From the NCBI GenBank assembly GCA_016209865.1, contig JACQVL010000258.1, positions 1 through 49,727 of the forward strand: DNA of 49,727 nt. Direction: 5' to 3'. The position numbers and the translations under genes were made by a program. The stretch's first letter is position 1; each line of letters opens with the position of its first letter. Below are positions 48,973-49,727 of the stretch, piece by piece. The notes below the pieces were generated by a model. The model had not been told where the DNA came from and ran no database searches. It saw only the letters and a list, made by a program, of their open reading frames with translations. The stretch is from Candidatus Latescibacterota bacterium. Its GTDB lineage: Bacteria > JAAXHH01 > JACQVL01.

Positions 48973-49727
48973 TCCTTCCGGCGATCGACCTGCGGGGCGG
49001 ACGGTGTGTCCGGCTGGTGCAGGGTCGGAAAGAGCAGGAAACTGTTTACGACGATGATCCCGTGCACGCAGCCTGTCGCTGGGCAGACCAGGGCGCGTCG
49101 TTTCTTCACGTCGTGGATCTGGATGGGGCATTTACTGGCGGATCGCAGAACTTAGACGTCGTGGAGCGGATTCTCCGCACGGTTCCTGTTCCAATCCAGT
49201 TAGGCGGAGGCATCCGTTCGTTAGATGCGATCGAGCGGGTCTTGGCATCAGGGGTCGCACGGGTCATCATCGGAACAGCAGCCGTGACCGACCCCGGCCT
49301 GGTCGCTGCGGCGATCGACCGCTGGGGGGCCGGCCGCGTCGTCGTGGGCATCGACGCGCGGGACGGGCAGGTCGCCGTCCGCGGGTGGGAGGAGGGAGCG
49401 CCGCTCTCCGCGATCGAGGCGGCGCGCCGGGTCAAGAGGATGGGTGTCGAGCGGGTCGTCTACACCGACATCGTCCGTGACGGGATGCTGACCGGGCCGA
49501 ACGTCGAAGCGACCCGGCGATTGGCGGTCGAGAGTGGCCTCCGGGTCATCGCGTCCGGCGGCGTGTCGTCGATGGACGACCTGAGCCGTTTAGCCGCGTT
49601 GGGCGACGACGGCATCGAGGGTGTCATCATCGGAAAAGCCCTGTACGAGGGCACGATCGATTTGAAAGAGGCGATTGAACGGTTCGGGGAGAAGCAGGGG
49701 TCAGGGGTCAGGGGTCAGGGGTCAGGA
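48969..49727 (+). CDS. hisA: ProFAR isomerase HisA; stop codon beyond the window (absent from the ORF track)
   Basis: Translates as LILPAIDLRGGRCVRLVQG...LHVVDLDGA...QLGGGIR...YTDIVRDGMLTGPN...IASGGVS...GVIIGKALYEG. Confidence 0.95.
   Translation, partial: MILPAIDLRGGRCVRLVQGRKEQETVYDDDPVHAACRWADQGASFLHVVDLDGAFTGGSQNLDVVERILRTVPVPIQLGGGIRSLDAIERVLASGVARVIIGTAAVTDPGLVAAAIDRWGAGRVVVGIDARDGQVAVRGWEEGAPLSAIEAARRVKRMGVERVVYTDIVRDGMLTGPNVEATRRLAVESGLRVIASGGVSSMDDLSRLAALGDDGIEGVIIGKALYEGTIDLKEAIERFGEKQGSGVRGQGSG
49697..49724. repeat. Heptamer array (GGGGTCA)x4 in frame at the hisA 3' end
   Basis: ggggtca x4; same unit as at 73-100. Confidence 0.9.

Overview
This is a GC-rich bacterial chromosome segment made almost entirely of housekeeping genes. 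The gene orders rplM-rpsI-rpsB-tsf-pyrH-frr, efp-accB-accC-gcvH and LytR_C-rsfS suggest an FCB-related lineage (inference only). Contents: two tRNA-Lys genes and purA; a divergent carbohydrate-type gene pair; a long minus-strand run (tRNA-His, TPR protein, efp, accBC, gcvH, gcvPA, orphan, gcvPB, flippase); rpmB; the translation/isoprenoid cluster; mtnA-pfkB-argS-rsfS; a folate-type operon; a CIRCE-controlled groEL with no groES; coaX-birA-nadC; nnr, acpS and a tRNA nucleotidyltransferase; and hisH-hisA. I saw no CRISPR array, prophage, integrase or transposase. The most striking unexplained signal is non-coding: about 20 short tandem arrays, all with a 7-bp period but from at least six sequence families. 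They sit at gene junctions, often as inverted pairs around a short spacer. Some run in frame into proteins or supply start/stop codons, and they cluster with GTAG-type REP palindromes and dRS3-like palindromes. Protein-level oddities: an aminotransferase homolog lacking the PLP lysine at the head of the folB-folK operon, a degenerate deoxynucleoside kinase, AccC with Gln at the E288 position, and a probable CC-adding (loop-less) tRNA nucleotidyltransferase. All calls come from reading motifs by eye; no database searches were run.
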